64,000 bases of DNA from Felis catus (GCF_018350175.1 NC_058368.1:13268001-13332000), one strand, 5' to 3'. Positions 25,822-37,700 are shown, counted from the stretch's first letter. Program-made: numbers and translations. Notes: generated by a model not told the origin, from the letters alone.

Positions 25822-27577
25822 TTTATCTTGAGAATTTCAACCTCTTTACGTGTGTTTTCTTGTCCAAGAAATGTTGATAATACCACAGAGATATTAAAAG
25901 AATCAAGTGAGATGAATTTATTAAAGGTCTTTTTAAACCAGAATAAACTTAGAGCTAGAAGATATGTTTAAAATAGTCACAATGAGTGATGTTAGCTTCT
26001 CTTGCCTTTCTCTTAATTTTAACAGTAAGAACTATGAAGTTAGTCTGGTTTAATACATTTGTAACAAAGTTGACAACTTCAAGAGCTTTCCTTGGAAAGA
26101 AACATCTTATCTGTATTAGAGAAAGGGCTGGAGGAAGTGGTCAGGATGGAAGTCAGAAGGAAAAGCAAACTCTTTGGTCCGTGCTAATCTTTGTGTCTGC
26201 TCTAAAGTCTTCCCTGTGAGTACCCACCCACCCCAGACACAGGCGTATGCTGATGATATGGTATTGCACACCACCCTGTCCCTCTCACTAGTCTGTGAGG
26301 TTCTTATGGATTCGCTCTCCATTCAAATCTCCAGCATCCATGCCTGGTACGAGGCTGGCAGTCAGTCCATGGTGGAATGAGTGTTACTGAAATATGTGCT
26401 ATGCCTTCTCTAACAACGTCTTATTACAAGAGGGAGTATATTGTAGTGGGAGGATTGGAGTCAAACTCACACCTGAGTTTGAATCCAGGACTCAACTGTT
26501 CCAGCTTTGTGACCTTGTATATTTGCAGATCCTGTTGGAGATCTGGTTCTTTCCCTTGGCCATTTGAGGCGACACTAACCACCTCATCATTGGTTTTCAG
26601 CCACCTCATCGTTTACTTTTGGTGAAATAATACATGTAAAGTACCTAGTACAGCCCTCATATCTAGATGATGTTGAATATTTTATTATTGTTGTTTTTGT
26701 ATTGTATCTGTCTACTGTCTTTGCACGAATGTGTCTGTTTTCCAAGGGCAAGGTCCATGTTGTTTTATTTTATCCATTTTGTACCATGTGAAACCAGCAC
26801 TTTTCATTGATTAGTTGATCTTTTTATCCAGCAAGATAGTAATGAGGACTACCGAGAGCTCATTTCTTTCTGTAAAAATAAATCCACAGGTAACCAGGAG
26901 ACTAGAGCCTGTTCGGTAAGAAAGCTTTCCTTGATCAAAAACACTTATCAGATTTATAATGGTGACCCACGTTTCTGCTTTCCTTTATGGTTCTTTGATT
27001 CTTTATATATAATTTGAGTGAACTAAACGAGACAGCCAGATCACAGTGAATTTTGCTTAATTGCATGCAACCTTTTCACTTATACATTTTCCTCTGTTGA
27101 GACAATCCAGAAGCTACCCCGGGGTAGTTATTTGCTTATTCCTCTAATTAAGCAAAGCTGTCTATAGCGTAGAATTCTGGTCTCAAATGGTATTCTGTTT
27201 CTGCAGCAATGACCTCTGTCCAACCCCAGAGCACATTCCGGCATTTGCATTGTGTGTGGAAGCTGCTGCATTGTTCATGCTCCAGGCTGTGTTTCTGGAC
27301 AGTCACGTTGTCCAGGAAGTCAAGCTCATTTATCATCCCTGCCATGTGCTTGCAGGGCTGCCTGGAGAGAAAAATATCTGGAAGCAGGCAGTGATGAAGC
27401 CGCAGCAGAGAGTCAGGAGTAAGGGGTGGGAAGGAGGCGTGGGGGTGGGGTGGGTGGGGAAGTAGGAGTATCTGAATGCCAGAGGACAGGCTCCTGAGTC
27501 ACATTTCTGTGTCTGATGAGAAGGCTTCACAGTGACAAATCTGGGTCTTCTGGCCACATTTTGAAACAAACATTGTT

Positions 27578-27995
27578 TGTGATAAAGGCCCCCAACTTTT
27601 TCATACTATCCTATATCCACACCCTTGGGCAATCCCCTCCTCCACTGCCTGTGAGCTGAATGAGGGGCTGATAGCAAATACAACACCGAGGCCTAAAAAG
27701 TGCATTGGGGATTGGTTTCTTGCTGCTCTTGGAGCCCTGAGAGTGTCATGTGAAAAAGCCTCGAGCAAACTACTCCAGCATGAAAGACCACACGGAGAGA
27801 AGCCCTTGTCAACCCACCTGTCCCATCCAGGGCCATTGTAAGTGAGCTAGCCCCAGCTGCCCCATCAGACACTTCAGTGAGCCCAGTTAAGAAGAGTTAA
27901 GCCTGACCCAAAAGTGCCCAGCTGAGCCCAGCCCAAAGTACTGACCTGCACTAAGTTTGGGGATGGTTTGCTACACAGCAAAAGATAACCGATAA
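27578..27995 (+). mobile_element. MLT1 (G/H/I-like) solo LTR
   Basis: tccacacccttggg...catgtgaaaaagcc...gcccagctgagcccagccc...actaagtttggggatggtttgctacacagcaa. Confidence 0.75.
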
Positions 27996-29402
27996 AAGCT
28001 CTGCTTCTTGACTTGCTGGCCCGTGTCAGGAATAATTCCGATTCAGTATTTCATGAGTGTTTTCAAAATCTCATCTTGAAAGACTCTACTCTAAAATAAG
28101 AAAGCAGTTTAAAAATAGGGCAACCTAGTATATTATCACCATTTGATAAGGGCATTTTCCAGAATAGTCTCTCTCTGTGACTTGCAGAGGTATTTGTGAG
28201 GGGGTGAGGGAAAGATTCTCAAGATACCAGGTGCGAAAAAGGAAGTGACATTACTTAAGTGCGGCAGCGAATCTGGAAATACTGTAGCTTAGTGGATCAC
28301 AAATATGATGTGATGGACATTTTCATTGTTGCCGGAAAACCAACTTGCCTCTCTTGTGTCTTAAATATAATGCTTAAAGGGACACTCTGTCAGATACCTG
28401 GATCCTTTCTCAAGCTCCCAGTGTTTTGCATTTGACTTGGGGTGGTGAGTGTAGATGAAATCAAGGACAATGTGGTTTTTATTTGCACCTTAGGATTCAT
28501 TTACTGAACTCATTCACCTGTCAAGCGAATGTTTTGTGAGCCTCTGGTCTGTGCCAGGTCCTGTGCTACTTTGAAAAGGCTTTAGTAACTGCACAGGGAG
28601 GTTAGAGAAAATAGCTATTAATTCCTGGGATTTTCCCAGGAAACTCTACTTCTGCGACAAGCAAGTTCACAGCGTGCTCCTCCCTCTCTCTTCCCAGCAC
28701 CCCAACTTCACAGTTATTCAAATAAGGTTAGTTTGCATGTTTTCTGACAGTCCTTCCTCACTAGGGAGCAGTGGATGCTGCATACAGGACCTGGCCAGGC
28801 CTTATCCTCTGCCTAATTATCGATATTCATGAGAATCAATAGTGCTGGTAAGAGTAAGCACGGCGTGGCACTGTTCCAACACTTCACATCTAGGAACTGA
28901 TCACGGAATTCCTTTGATCAGTGAAACAATGTGAGGAGTGCATTCACTTGTCAGTGCTACCGGGAGGGGGCCCATCACACTGCTGTGGGTGGAGTTACCT
29001 TGGTGATGTTAGTTTCCATGAAGATGTCTAAACAAATACTTGGTACCTTCTGCAATGGTTTGGCCCTGAAGCCTCATCCAAAGCAGGCATGTTTTTGTGG
29101 CTTTCAAAGCTTCATATGGGAACTACCAATGATGTTTCTCTTCCCCTGTAATATGACATTAGGGGCTTAGCTATGCATATCGAGAAGTGAGGTGATGCAC
29201 CTGCTACTAGCTGGGGAGGGTTGATTCATTTTATTAGAGTGCTTCATAATTTCTATGCATTAGTTATCTTTATTTGCATGTTTCAAAGAGTTCCTATAAA
29301 AGCAATAAGATGACCATGTAGGTCCAGGAGACATGACCTCCAACATTCCTTCCTTTCTTATTTGAGGTCAAAAGCATAAGAGCCCCGGAAAAGTTTCCCT
29401 CT

Positions 29403-29844
29403 TATTCTGGTTAATTTTATGTGTCAGCTTGACTGAGCTATGAGGTGCTCAGACATTTGGTCAAACATTTTGGTGTGTCCGAGTATATTTCTGGATGAGA
29501 TTAACATTTCAACTGATAGACTGAGTAAAGAAGATTGCCTTCCCCAGCCTGAGTGGGCCCAACCAATCAACTGAAGATCTGAGTAGAACAGAAGGGCCGA
29601 GTAAAAGCCTGCTCCTCCTATGTGACTGTTGAGCTTGGACGTTGGTCTTTTCCTGACTTTGTACTTAAACTGAAACATTGGCTCTTCTTAGGTCTTGAGC
29701 CTACTAGCCTTCAGACTTACTATGCCATGGGCTCTCCTGGATCTCCAGCTTGCTGCCTGCAGATCTTGGGACTTAACCTCCATAATCATTTGGAGCTAAC
29801 GACTTTTAATAAACCCACACACACGTGCACGCATGTGCATGCGT

Positions 29845-29886
<42 letters not shown>

Positions 29887-29924
29887 CCTGCTGGTTCTGT
29901 TTCTGTGAGGAACCCTGCTTAACA
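29403..29924 (+). mobile_element. MLT2 (ERVL) solo LTR containing a (CA)n tract
   Basis: ggttaattttatgtgtcagcttgact...tttctggatgagattaacattt...gactgagtaaagaagattgcc...ctggttctgtttctgtgaggaaccctg. Confidence 0.9.
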
Positions 29925-30834
29925 TATTTCCTTCCTCCTATTCCTCAAGGGAAGCTGACTTCTGAACACCCTCACTTCCTGCCTACATTCTACCGATGTT
30001 CTGTTGCTCAAACTTCTTTCAGCCCACTCCCTTGGATAACACCCCTTGGAACTTCCCCTTGCAGTCCATCCACTCTTATTCTACATAAGGACACTCATAG
30101 CCACACACCCAGTCTGCTGCTCCTGAGATCACAACCTGGCTAGAGCCCAAAGTCTTGCAGAGCCCAGGAGGGTAGGTTTCATAGCCTCAGCAATGACTTG
30201 AAGGCTGCAGCAGGATTGGAGCCAGAACCCCAGGAACAGGGGCAGAGCTCAGAGTGAGTGATTCTGGTGCATGTGCAGATGTGTCTATGCTCTGGCAAAG
30301 GGAAACCAAAGGGACCTGTGAACCAGTTGCTAATTTCTCTAGCAAAATCTTTTCCTCACAATTATTACAAAGGTATAAGGCATTAGGGGTCTGGTTTTGC
30401 GTATCTAGAAGTTAGATGACATACTTGTTATTAGTTGGGGGGGGTGATTCATTTTATTAGAGTGCTTCGTAGTATATATGTGTTAACTATCTTCATTTTT
30501 ACATATTTGTATACATTAGATTCTGAATAGGTATAATTAAGATTGATGAATGAAGCTTTTATGTCACATATGTTAGAGGACGGTGGTGCTGGATTGACTG
30601 ATCTTAAATTAACGTTACCATGAATATAAATATGGTATATACTGCATACTGAAATATATATATTCTTAACAATTTACATTTTTATTATAGGTTTCCAACC
30701 TAATATTTTCCCTGGAATAAGGATTATCATGCCCAATAAATATTCCCTTTCATGGAATGTCAAGCAACATAGGGATGGGATGGCAATAATTACTTTTTTT
30801 ATCCTTCTCCTCCTCTATTATCAATATCATATTC

Positions 30835-31290
30835 AGTATAACTAAGTAGTATAAACTCAGAAATTATACTTCCTGGGTTTGAATCCTGGGTCTGCCTCAT
30901 ATACCTCATCTGAGTTTTCATATGCACAAAATGTGGATGCAAATAATACCTCTGCCATAGGGTGGTTGTGAGGGGTAAACGGATACAGGATTTAAATGGA
31001 TTAGCCGAGGGGCGCCTGGGTGGCTCAGTTGGTTAAGTGTCTGACTTCAAGTTCAGGTCATGATGTCACAGTTTGTGAGTTTGAGCCCCGCATCGGTCTC
31101 TGCGAGGACAGCTCAGAACCTGGAGCCTGCTTTGGATTCTGTGTCTCCCTCTCTCTCTGTCCCCTCGCCTGCTCACTCTCTGTTTCTCTCTCTCTTTCAA
31201 AAATAAACAAACATTAAAAAAATTATTTAAATGGATTAGCAGAATCTCTTGCATGTGGTAAACATTTAGTAAATATTAGCTGCTATTTTC
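30835..31290 (+). mobile_element. MIR SINE interrupted by a Can-SINE
   Basis: cctgggtttgaatcctgg...ataatacctctgccatagggtggttgtgagg...tggtaaacatttagtaaatattagc. Confidence 0.75.
31009..31223 (+). mobile_element. Can-SINE (feline type)
   Basis: ggggcgcctgggtggctcagttggttaag; TSD atttaaatggattagc(c/a)ga. Confidence 0.96.
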
Positions 31291-31788
31291 ATCATTATTG
31301 AGTTTATAGTTGAATAATGCTTTTTACTTTAACCAATTCACATTTAATGTAATTATTGATATAATTGGTATATTTGATTTCTATTTGTCCCATCTGTTTT
31401 TTGTGTTTTGATTCCCTCTTATCTCCCTTCTTTTGGGTCAGTCGAATACTTTCTAAAATCCTATTTTATCTCTTCTATTGAACTTCTAGATCCAACTCTT
31501 TGTGTTTATTTGGTAGTGCTTGCTCTAGAGACTACAGCGTACAACTTTAGCTTTTCACAGTCTATCCTCAAATGTTCTATTTCACAATGTACAATCTTAC
31601 AATAGTTTGATTCCCTCTTCTCTCTTCTGCCCCTTGTGTTTTTTGTTTTGTTTTGTCATTAACTTCTACATATACTACAAAACTCAAAATATTAGTTTTG
31701 CTTTAAACTGCTAATAGTATCTTAATATATATATCTGTGTATACATATATATACATATGGCATATATATATGATTTAAAAATATTTTA

Positions 31789-32002
31789 GGGGCGCCTGGG
31801 TGGCGTAGTCGGTTGAGCGTCCAACTTCAGCCAGGTCACGATCTCGCGGTCCGGGAGTTCGAGCCCCGCGTCGGGCTCTGGGCTGATGGCTCAGAGCCTG
31901 GAGCCTGTTTCCGATTCTGTGTCTCCCTCTCTCTCTGCCCCTCCCCCGTTCATGCTCTGTCTCTCTCTGTCCCAAAAATAAATAAAAACGTTGAAAAAAA
32001 AT
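31789..32002 (+). mobile_element. Young feline SINEC_Fc copy
   Basis: CpG-rich near-consensus body (cttcagccaggtcacgatctcgcggtcc...gagccccgcgtcgggctctgggctgatgg); TSD tttaaaaatatttta. Confidence 0.98.
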
Positions 32003-32590
32003 TTTAAAAATATTTTAATAATTCTTATTTAATAATTTTAAGTATTTTTTCATGGTTTTCCTCATATTTACCCTTTTGGTGCTTTGTATTTCTTCCTATA
32101 GATTTGGGCTTCCTTTGGTGTCATTTTCTCTCTCCATAAAAACTTCTTTGCACACTTCTTCAGTGTAGATTTTATGGCAATGAATTTCTTAGTTGTTTGT
32201 ATGAATGAAAATGTTTATTTTAACTCCATTTTTTAAATATAATTTCACTGGATAAGAAATTCTTGGTTGCCAGGGTTTTTGTTTGCTTGTCTGTTCTTGA
32301 ATTTCAGCATTTTATAGATTTTCCACTGTCTTCAGGCCTCCATTGTTTTGAGAAATCAGGTTTAAGTCTTATCTTTGTTTCTTTGAAGATAGTGTGACTT
32401 CTTTATCTGACTGCTTTGAAGACATTTTCTTTATCTTCGATTTGCAGCATTTTCACTGTGATGTGCCAAGTGTGGTTTTCTTTTACCTGTCTTACTTGAG
32501 GTTCACTGAATTTCTTGGATCTGTGGGTGTGTGTACTTTGTCAGGATGGAAAAACTCTTGGCCATTATGTCCTTAAAATTGTTTCATCCC

Positions 32591-32787
32591 AGGGAACTTG
32601 GGTGGCGCTTTCACTTAAAGTGTCTGACTCTTGATTTCAGTTCAGGCCATGATCTCACAGTCATGGGATCAAGCCCTGCATCAGGCTCAGTGCTGGGTGT
32701 GTAGCCTGCTTAGCATTTTCTCTCTCTCTCTCCCACTGCCCTTCCCCCAGATGCGCGTGTGCTCTCTCTCTGTCTCTCTCTCAAAAA

Positions 32788-32828
<41 letters not shown>
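32591..32828 (+). mobile_element. Can-SINE (older) with (TAAA)n tail
   Basis: SINEC body; TSD aaaattgtttcatcc. Confidence 0.94.
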
Positions 32829-32830
<2 letters not shown>

Positions 32831-32980
32831 AATTGTTTCATCCATTTTCTCTCTCGTCTACTTCTGGGACTCAAATTAAATGCGCGATAGACCATGCGCT
32901 ATTGTCCTACAAACCTCACATGCTATGTTCTTACTCTTATCTCTCTGTTTTGGTTTAGATGGTTTTCATTCACCAAGTTA

Positions 32981-33080
32981 ATAAAGTTTACCTTTGCTTG
33001 ACCAGTGTGTTGTTAAGCCCATTAAATGAAATAAAGTTTACCTTTGCTTGACCAGTGTGTTGTTAAGCCCATTAAATGAA
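32981..33080. repeat. Perfect 2 x 50-bp tandem duplication
   Basis: ataaagtttacctttgcttgaccagtgtgttgttaagcccattaaatgaa at 32981-33030 and 33031-33080. Confidence 0.98.
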
Positions 33081-34985
33081 TTCTACATTTATAATATGTT
33101 TTTTAGCGTTTTATTTAATACTTCCTGTCTGCTGACATTACCTTCAGTTCATTCAGCGTGTTCGCTTTTTCCACTACACCTTTTAACATTTTTATTATGG
33201 TTATTTTGAACTCCTGTCTGGTTATTGCAACATGGTGACATCTCCAATTCTGCTTCTGTTAACTATTCCCTCTCTTGACCAAGGTTCACACTTTCTTGCT
33301 TTGATATGTGTCTTATAAGTTTTTTAATTATCTACCTGGCATTGTATAACAGTTGTAAATGACATTTAGCCCCAGCAAAAAGAACAGGAAAAGTCCTGAC
33401 ATGTTATCAGCGTATGTTAGGAGGAGTTTGTACAAGGTCAATTTAATCTGTATTTCAACTGGGTCTGGACTCTGCTGCAGCTTTAGTTGAATGTAATTTA
33501 CCACATCTTCAAATATTTTGAAGGCATCATCAGAACACTCCCTTCAGAAAGGCTTGCGACCTGAGCACTGGCCAGACTCTAGTGATCATTTTCTGCTTCA
33601 GAGCCCAGATTTCAGCTTTTAAAGCCACTGATAATTCTCTTTTCTCTCCAGCTCTCTGCACTTTGCAGACCTTCTCTTGATGTTGTAAGACTTCTCTCTA
33701 CTTTGCTTTCCTGCTCTTGCCTCTAGAATGCCACTGAAGCATGCTTAGTGGAGATCTAGAATGCCTGACAGGGCTTCTCTCCTGTCTTGCCCTGCCCTGA
33801 GCCTTTGGCAAATACCCCCATTCACTTAGTTTGTGTGAATGTATGAAAACCCAATCTGTGGCCCGAGATCCATGGCATTTAAACCTGGATGCCATTTTGC
33901 ATACAGTCATTAAAAGTTTGCTAAAGCCCCACCTGGCCTCTCTGTTTCTCCTTCTATGAAGGATTCCTCCTCTTCTTGTCATTCTACCAACATGAAAAAC
34001 AGCCATGGATCTCTTCTCCTCTAGGAAGAGTTTGTCACCTTATGGAATGTAGTTCATATAGGTTTTTTTCTTCATACTCAAACATCTGGTGATTTTTTAA
34101 AAGTTCTGATTTTGTAAATTAACTGGCTTGTTCTAGCTGTTAGCCTAATTTTTTTTTTAAGATCCACAATCTTCTTGTAGATGTAAGGAGTATTCCTCAT
34201 AAAAGAAACAGAGGCTTGCAATACTTTTTTGGATGAATAATGAATGAATGAGTGCATGAATACATGAATCAAATGAGTGGATAGGTCGATTAAGAAGCGA
34301 GCACACTAGTTCCCTGAACCAGATATTTTAAAAGAGAAGATATGTTTCCATTGTAAGCTCTTCCTCTAAACTACAAAGAAAGTATCATTAATGGTACAAG
34401 GGTCTCCTGTCTCCCTCTTACCCTACAGGACCCTCCTTTCTGTCTGACTTGTCATGCTGATTCCAGAGTCTTTCCCTGAGAATTTTGTCTCCCCCCTCAG
34501 GAAAGCCCTGAGCACGTAATTATGCATTGGAAGAAACACCTCAAATACAAACAGAAAAAAATTCTGCGTGGTCAACCCTAGGATATTTATGCATAATTTG
34601 GTAAGTGTGTGCTTGTGAACTAGGCTCATCTTTATATTTTAATATTCATCAACAGCTCTATGATGTAATGATTATTAGCCCCATTCTATAATGAGTAAAG
34701 TGGGATTTCGAGAGTTTCACACAGCTAGTGAAATGCACGGTTGAGATTTAAACATTTGCTCCTTTTACTAAATCATGAGTTCCAAGTTATTCTAATTCCT
34801 CATATCTGGCCAATGCTGCATTTAAACAAGCACCGTCCAGTTCAGCCTCATAGACAATCTTGTGAGACAATCTGGACAAGTATTAAGATTTTATTTTAGG
34901 GAAGAAGAGGCTAAGGTCACACTGATACTAAATAGTACATTCAGCCCTAGATCCTAGGAGTTCAGATCCAGAGTCAAGTTCTTCT

Positions 34986-35112
34986 TTATAATTCATTGTC
35001 AAATTGGTTTCCATACAGCACCCAGTGCTCATCCCAACAGGTGCCTTCCTCTATCACCCACTTTCCCCTCTCCCCCACCCCCCTTCAACCCTCAGTTTGT
35101 TCTCAGTATTTA
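34986..35112 (-). mobile_element. 5'-truncated feline/carnivore L1 3' end (127 bp)
   Basis: attgtcaaattggtttccatacagcacccagtgctcatcccaacaggtgcc...tcaaccctcagtttgttctcag; perfect 16-bp TSD agagtcaagttcttct (34970-34985, 35113-35128). Confidence 0.93.
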
Positions 35113-36509
35113 AGAGTCAAGTTCTTCTAATATATCTCACTGCCCCTCATGTTCTCTCATTTAAGGTTGGGAATGATGACAGAAAGCTGGTAAATTTACC
35201 CTAACACAAAATTCTGGTCTCTTTGGTGAAGCAACGAAAACCCTTTTAATCAGCCATTTTTCACAGCCCAGAACTATTCACCAATTAAAAATCTACACCA
35301 TGGTAAAAGTCAAATGGCCAAAATATAGTCTTTATTGTTGTATCATTCAGCTAGAGGGAATCTAGTTTTGTAGGGAGGGAAGCTTATTAACCTCAACATT
35401 TTTTTCTAAAAACTTGTTATTTTATCATGTGCAAGGTTAAAAAATGCCAAACGTCATATTAAGATAGCTGCAAGCATTTAGAATGCAAAGGTCACCATCT
35501 TACCGAGATTTAGAGCATAGTTCCAGCATTTTCCTCTTCTGTTTCACTGGGACTTTTCTTCAGCACTGAAAAAGCCATTCATTTTGTAAAGGTTAATTCA
35601 CAACCCTGGATTTGATGAAGTGCCTTGCCTGTATCGTCTGCATTTTAACACTGCAAAGATGTCAGTCAAACCCTCCTTCCTGATCAGGACTGGTCTCCCC
35701 GTTAGACAGGGAAAATCCACTTTTCCTTTCTCAGCTCTATCTTCACACAGAGCCCCACTAGGAATTATATCACACAAATTACGTTCCCCTTTTTTCCTAG
35801 TGAATGGGTAGACAGAATTATTGCCTTTCATTTCATGAATTCACTTTTCCTTTTAGCAGTTGCCTTTCAAATTCTCACAAGTTAATGATTAATATAAAAT
35901 AATTATAACTTTCTCTTCATAAATCCTGGTGGACAAAAAAATCAATTTTCTCCTTCCTTTCTCCTTCTCTCCTTCCTTCCTTCCTTCCTTCCTTCCTCTC
36001 TGTCAACTAGAGAATTTTTGTTTTGATTTCCTATACCAATAGAGAGCAGAAACATCTCTGTCATTGCAGGGTCTCTCTCATTGACTTAGTGTTAGTTCCA
36101 GGTACCCAGATAAGACTTAAGTGGCTCTCAAGTGCTGGGATAGGGAAGGCCTCTGACCATTGTCCCTTATCATTGCTGGCTTATAAGATGTCTGAAGTCT
36201 TACCGCTTCTCAGCAGTCTCAATGCAGGTCACTAGTATTGCCTCCACATCTGTTTTAAGGCCTGTCTATGGCCACTGGTTCTCTGTGTCATATCCACACC
36301 ATTCCTGGTGATACCAGTAAAGATGCTCCTCACTTCACATAGGAGCATATGTAGTTTTGTCAGTGCTATCTCAGGGCTCTTGGCCCAAGCTCAGCATGAA
36401 GATATTTCTTCTGCCCTCAGGTTTATTGCCTGACAGCCCAGGGCCCAGGGCTTAACACCTAAGTTGATTCATTTGAGCCCCTGGGCTACCCTATCCCTAG
36501 TGTGTTATA

Positions 36510-36855
36510 GAGAATAGACATTTACCATATTTTGCCTGTCCAACATCTAAACCCTCTTCCGCTTTGGGGAAAATCCTCCATCGTGTTCACCTCTGGAGAG
36601 CAGTAATTCCTTTCCTTCCTTTATAGAAGATAAAAGAGGTAAGTAATCCTACTCTGCAGCCCATACAGGACCATATGGCCTAGTCTTAGTCATTTGGGTG
36701 TCTGTCATTGTGGTTTCCATTATCTTGTCTTTGCTGGTTTGGACACATAAATCTTTAAGTTTGCATTAATTCTGTGAGCCACCTGTTAAACTTCTGACAC
36801 ACTCCTTCTGTTTGGATAGCCAGCACCAGATTCTATTATTTACTCTATAACTCAA
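36510..36855 (+). mobile_element. Possible decayed LTR16/LTR33-type ERVL LTR
   Basis: ttttgcctgtccaacatc...ccctcttcc start and tccttctgtttggatagccagc...ttctatt end resemble this group. Confidence 0.4.
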
Positions 36856-37429
36856 ACTATTTAAGGCAGGCTGAAAGATGCCTGCAGCATGAGATGCCCA
36901 GGCAGATGGGCCTGAGATGGTCTCAGAGAGTACTTGCGTAAGGGTCTTTGGCAAGCAGTAGAATATTTACGAAGCCAGACATTCTTCTCAGCACAGGTTA
37001 TCGGCATAAAGGGTCCTGCTCCTGGAACAGGGACCTGCAGAGGTTGGTACCTGAAAACTAGACCAGAAAAAAGACCCGTCAGAGGTTGCAGTGTGCAGTG
37101 AGGACAACCCCTGCTAAGTGGACGCTCCTCCCCACGCCATTATGATAGCCACCTCATCCTCTAGATGCCAATCCAGAGCAAAAGGTTAGTGAGAGATCTT
37201 GAAAGAATGTGGGCTTCAAATAGAAATTAAGTTCAGTTATAACTTCATCCAGTCAAATTTCTTGTATCTTGAACTTGGCACTAAATGACACATATTCTAG
37301 AGAGAGTAAAGCCAGCCCAATTCAGAGAAAAGAGAAGAGTTAGTTTATATACACTAACCTTTTGCCATTGTATTTATTTATAATTTCAGCCTGCCTACTT
37401 GCACAAGGGATTTGAGGCAGCTGAGCCTT

Positions 37430-37700
37430 GCTTGACATTCTAATGAGGCAGGAACGGGATGAATCACCCATACCTGCCCATGGCGCTGTTCATTAGAGGC
37501 TGGAGGGAGGCGCTGGGACCGCTGGAGGCAGGCCCCGCCGGACGCAACCATTAAGTAGCTCCGCAGCTACGGCCTGATCATTAGAGCCAGGTGCAGCCAC
37601 AGAAACAGAAACCGCTCACAGCCTGGGAGTTTCATCTCCCAGGACCTTCTCCTCAAGGCTTTTTGTCAGTGGAATGAAGTTCATTACCTTTCAAAACACC
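37430..37700. promoter_or_regulatory. Candidate enhancer: CpG-rich unique segment with clustered homeodomain motifs
   Basis: 10 CpGs in ~165 bp (37454-37615); TCATTAG/CTAATGA x3, CCATTAA, TCATTAC; no repeat recognised. Confidence 0.45.

Larger units (their letters stand above)
31300..34150 (-). mobile_element. Ancient L1 (L1ME/HAL1-like) ORF1/5' region, antisense, carrying two SINEs and a 50-bp duplication
   Basis: T-rich + strand with antisense L1 motifs: gaaaatgttttattttaactccatt, aatttcactggataagaaattcttggttg, ttttcagc-like ttccactgtcttcaggcctccattgtt. Confidence 0.7.

Noticed and set aside
29622..30143. Longest ORF in the window (173 aa)
   Set aside because: It starts at GTG within the MLT2 LTR and is kept open by the (CA)n tract (THTHTH); no recognisable domain
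32981..33080. Direct repeat as a possible CRISPR-like array
   Set aside because: Only two abutting copies, no spacers, mammalian L1 context
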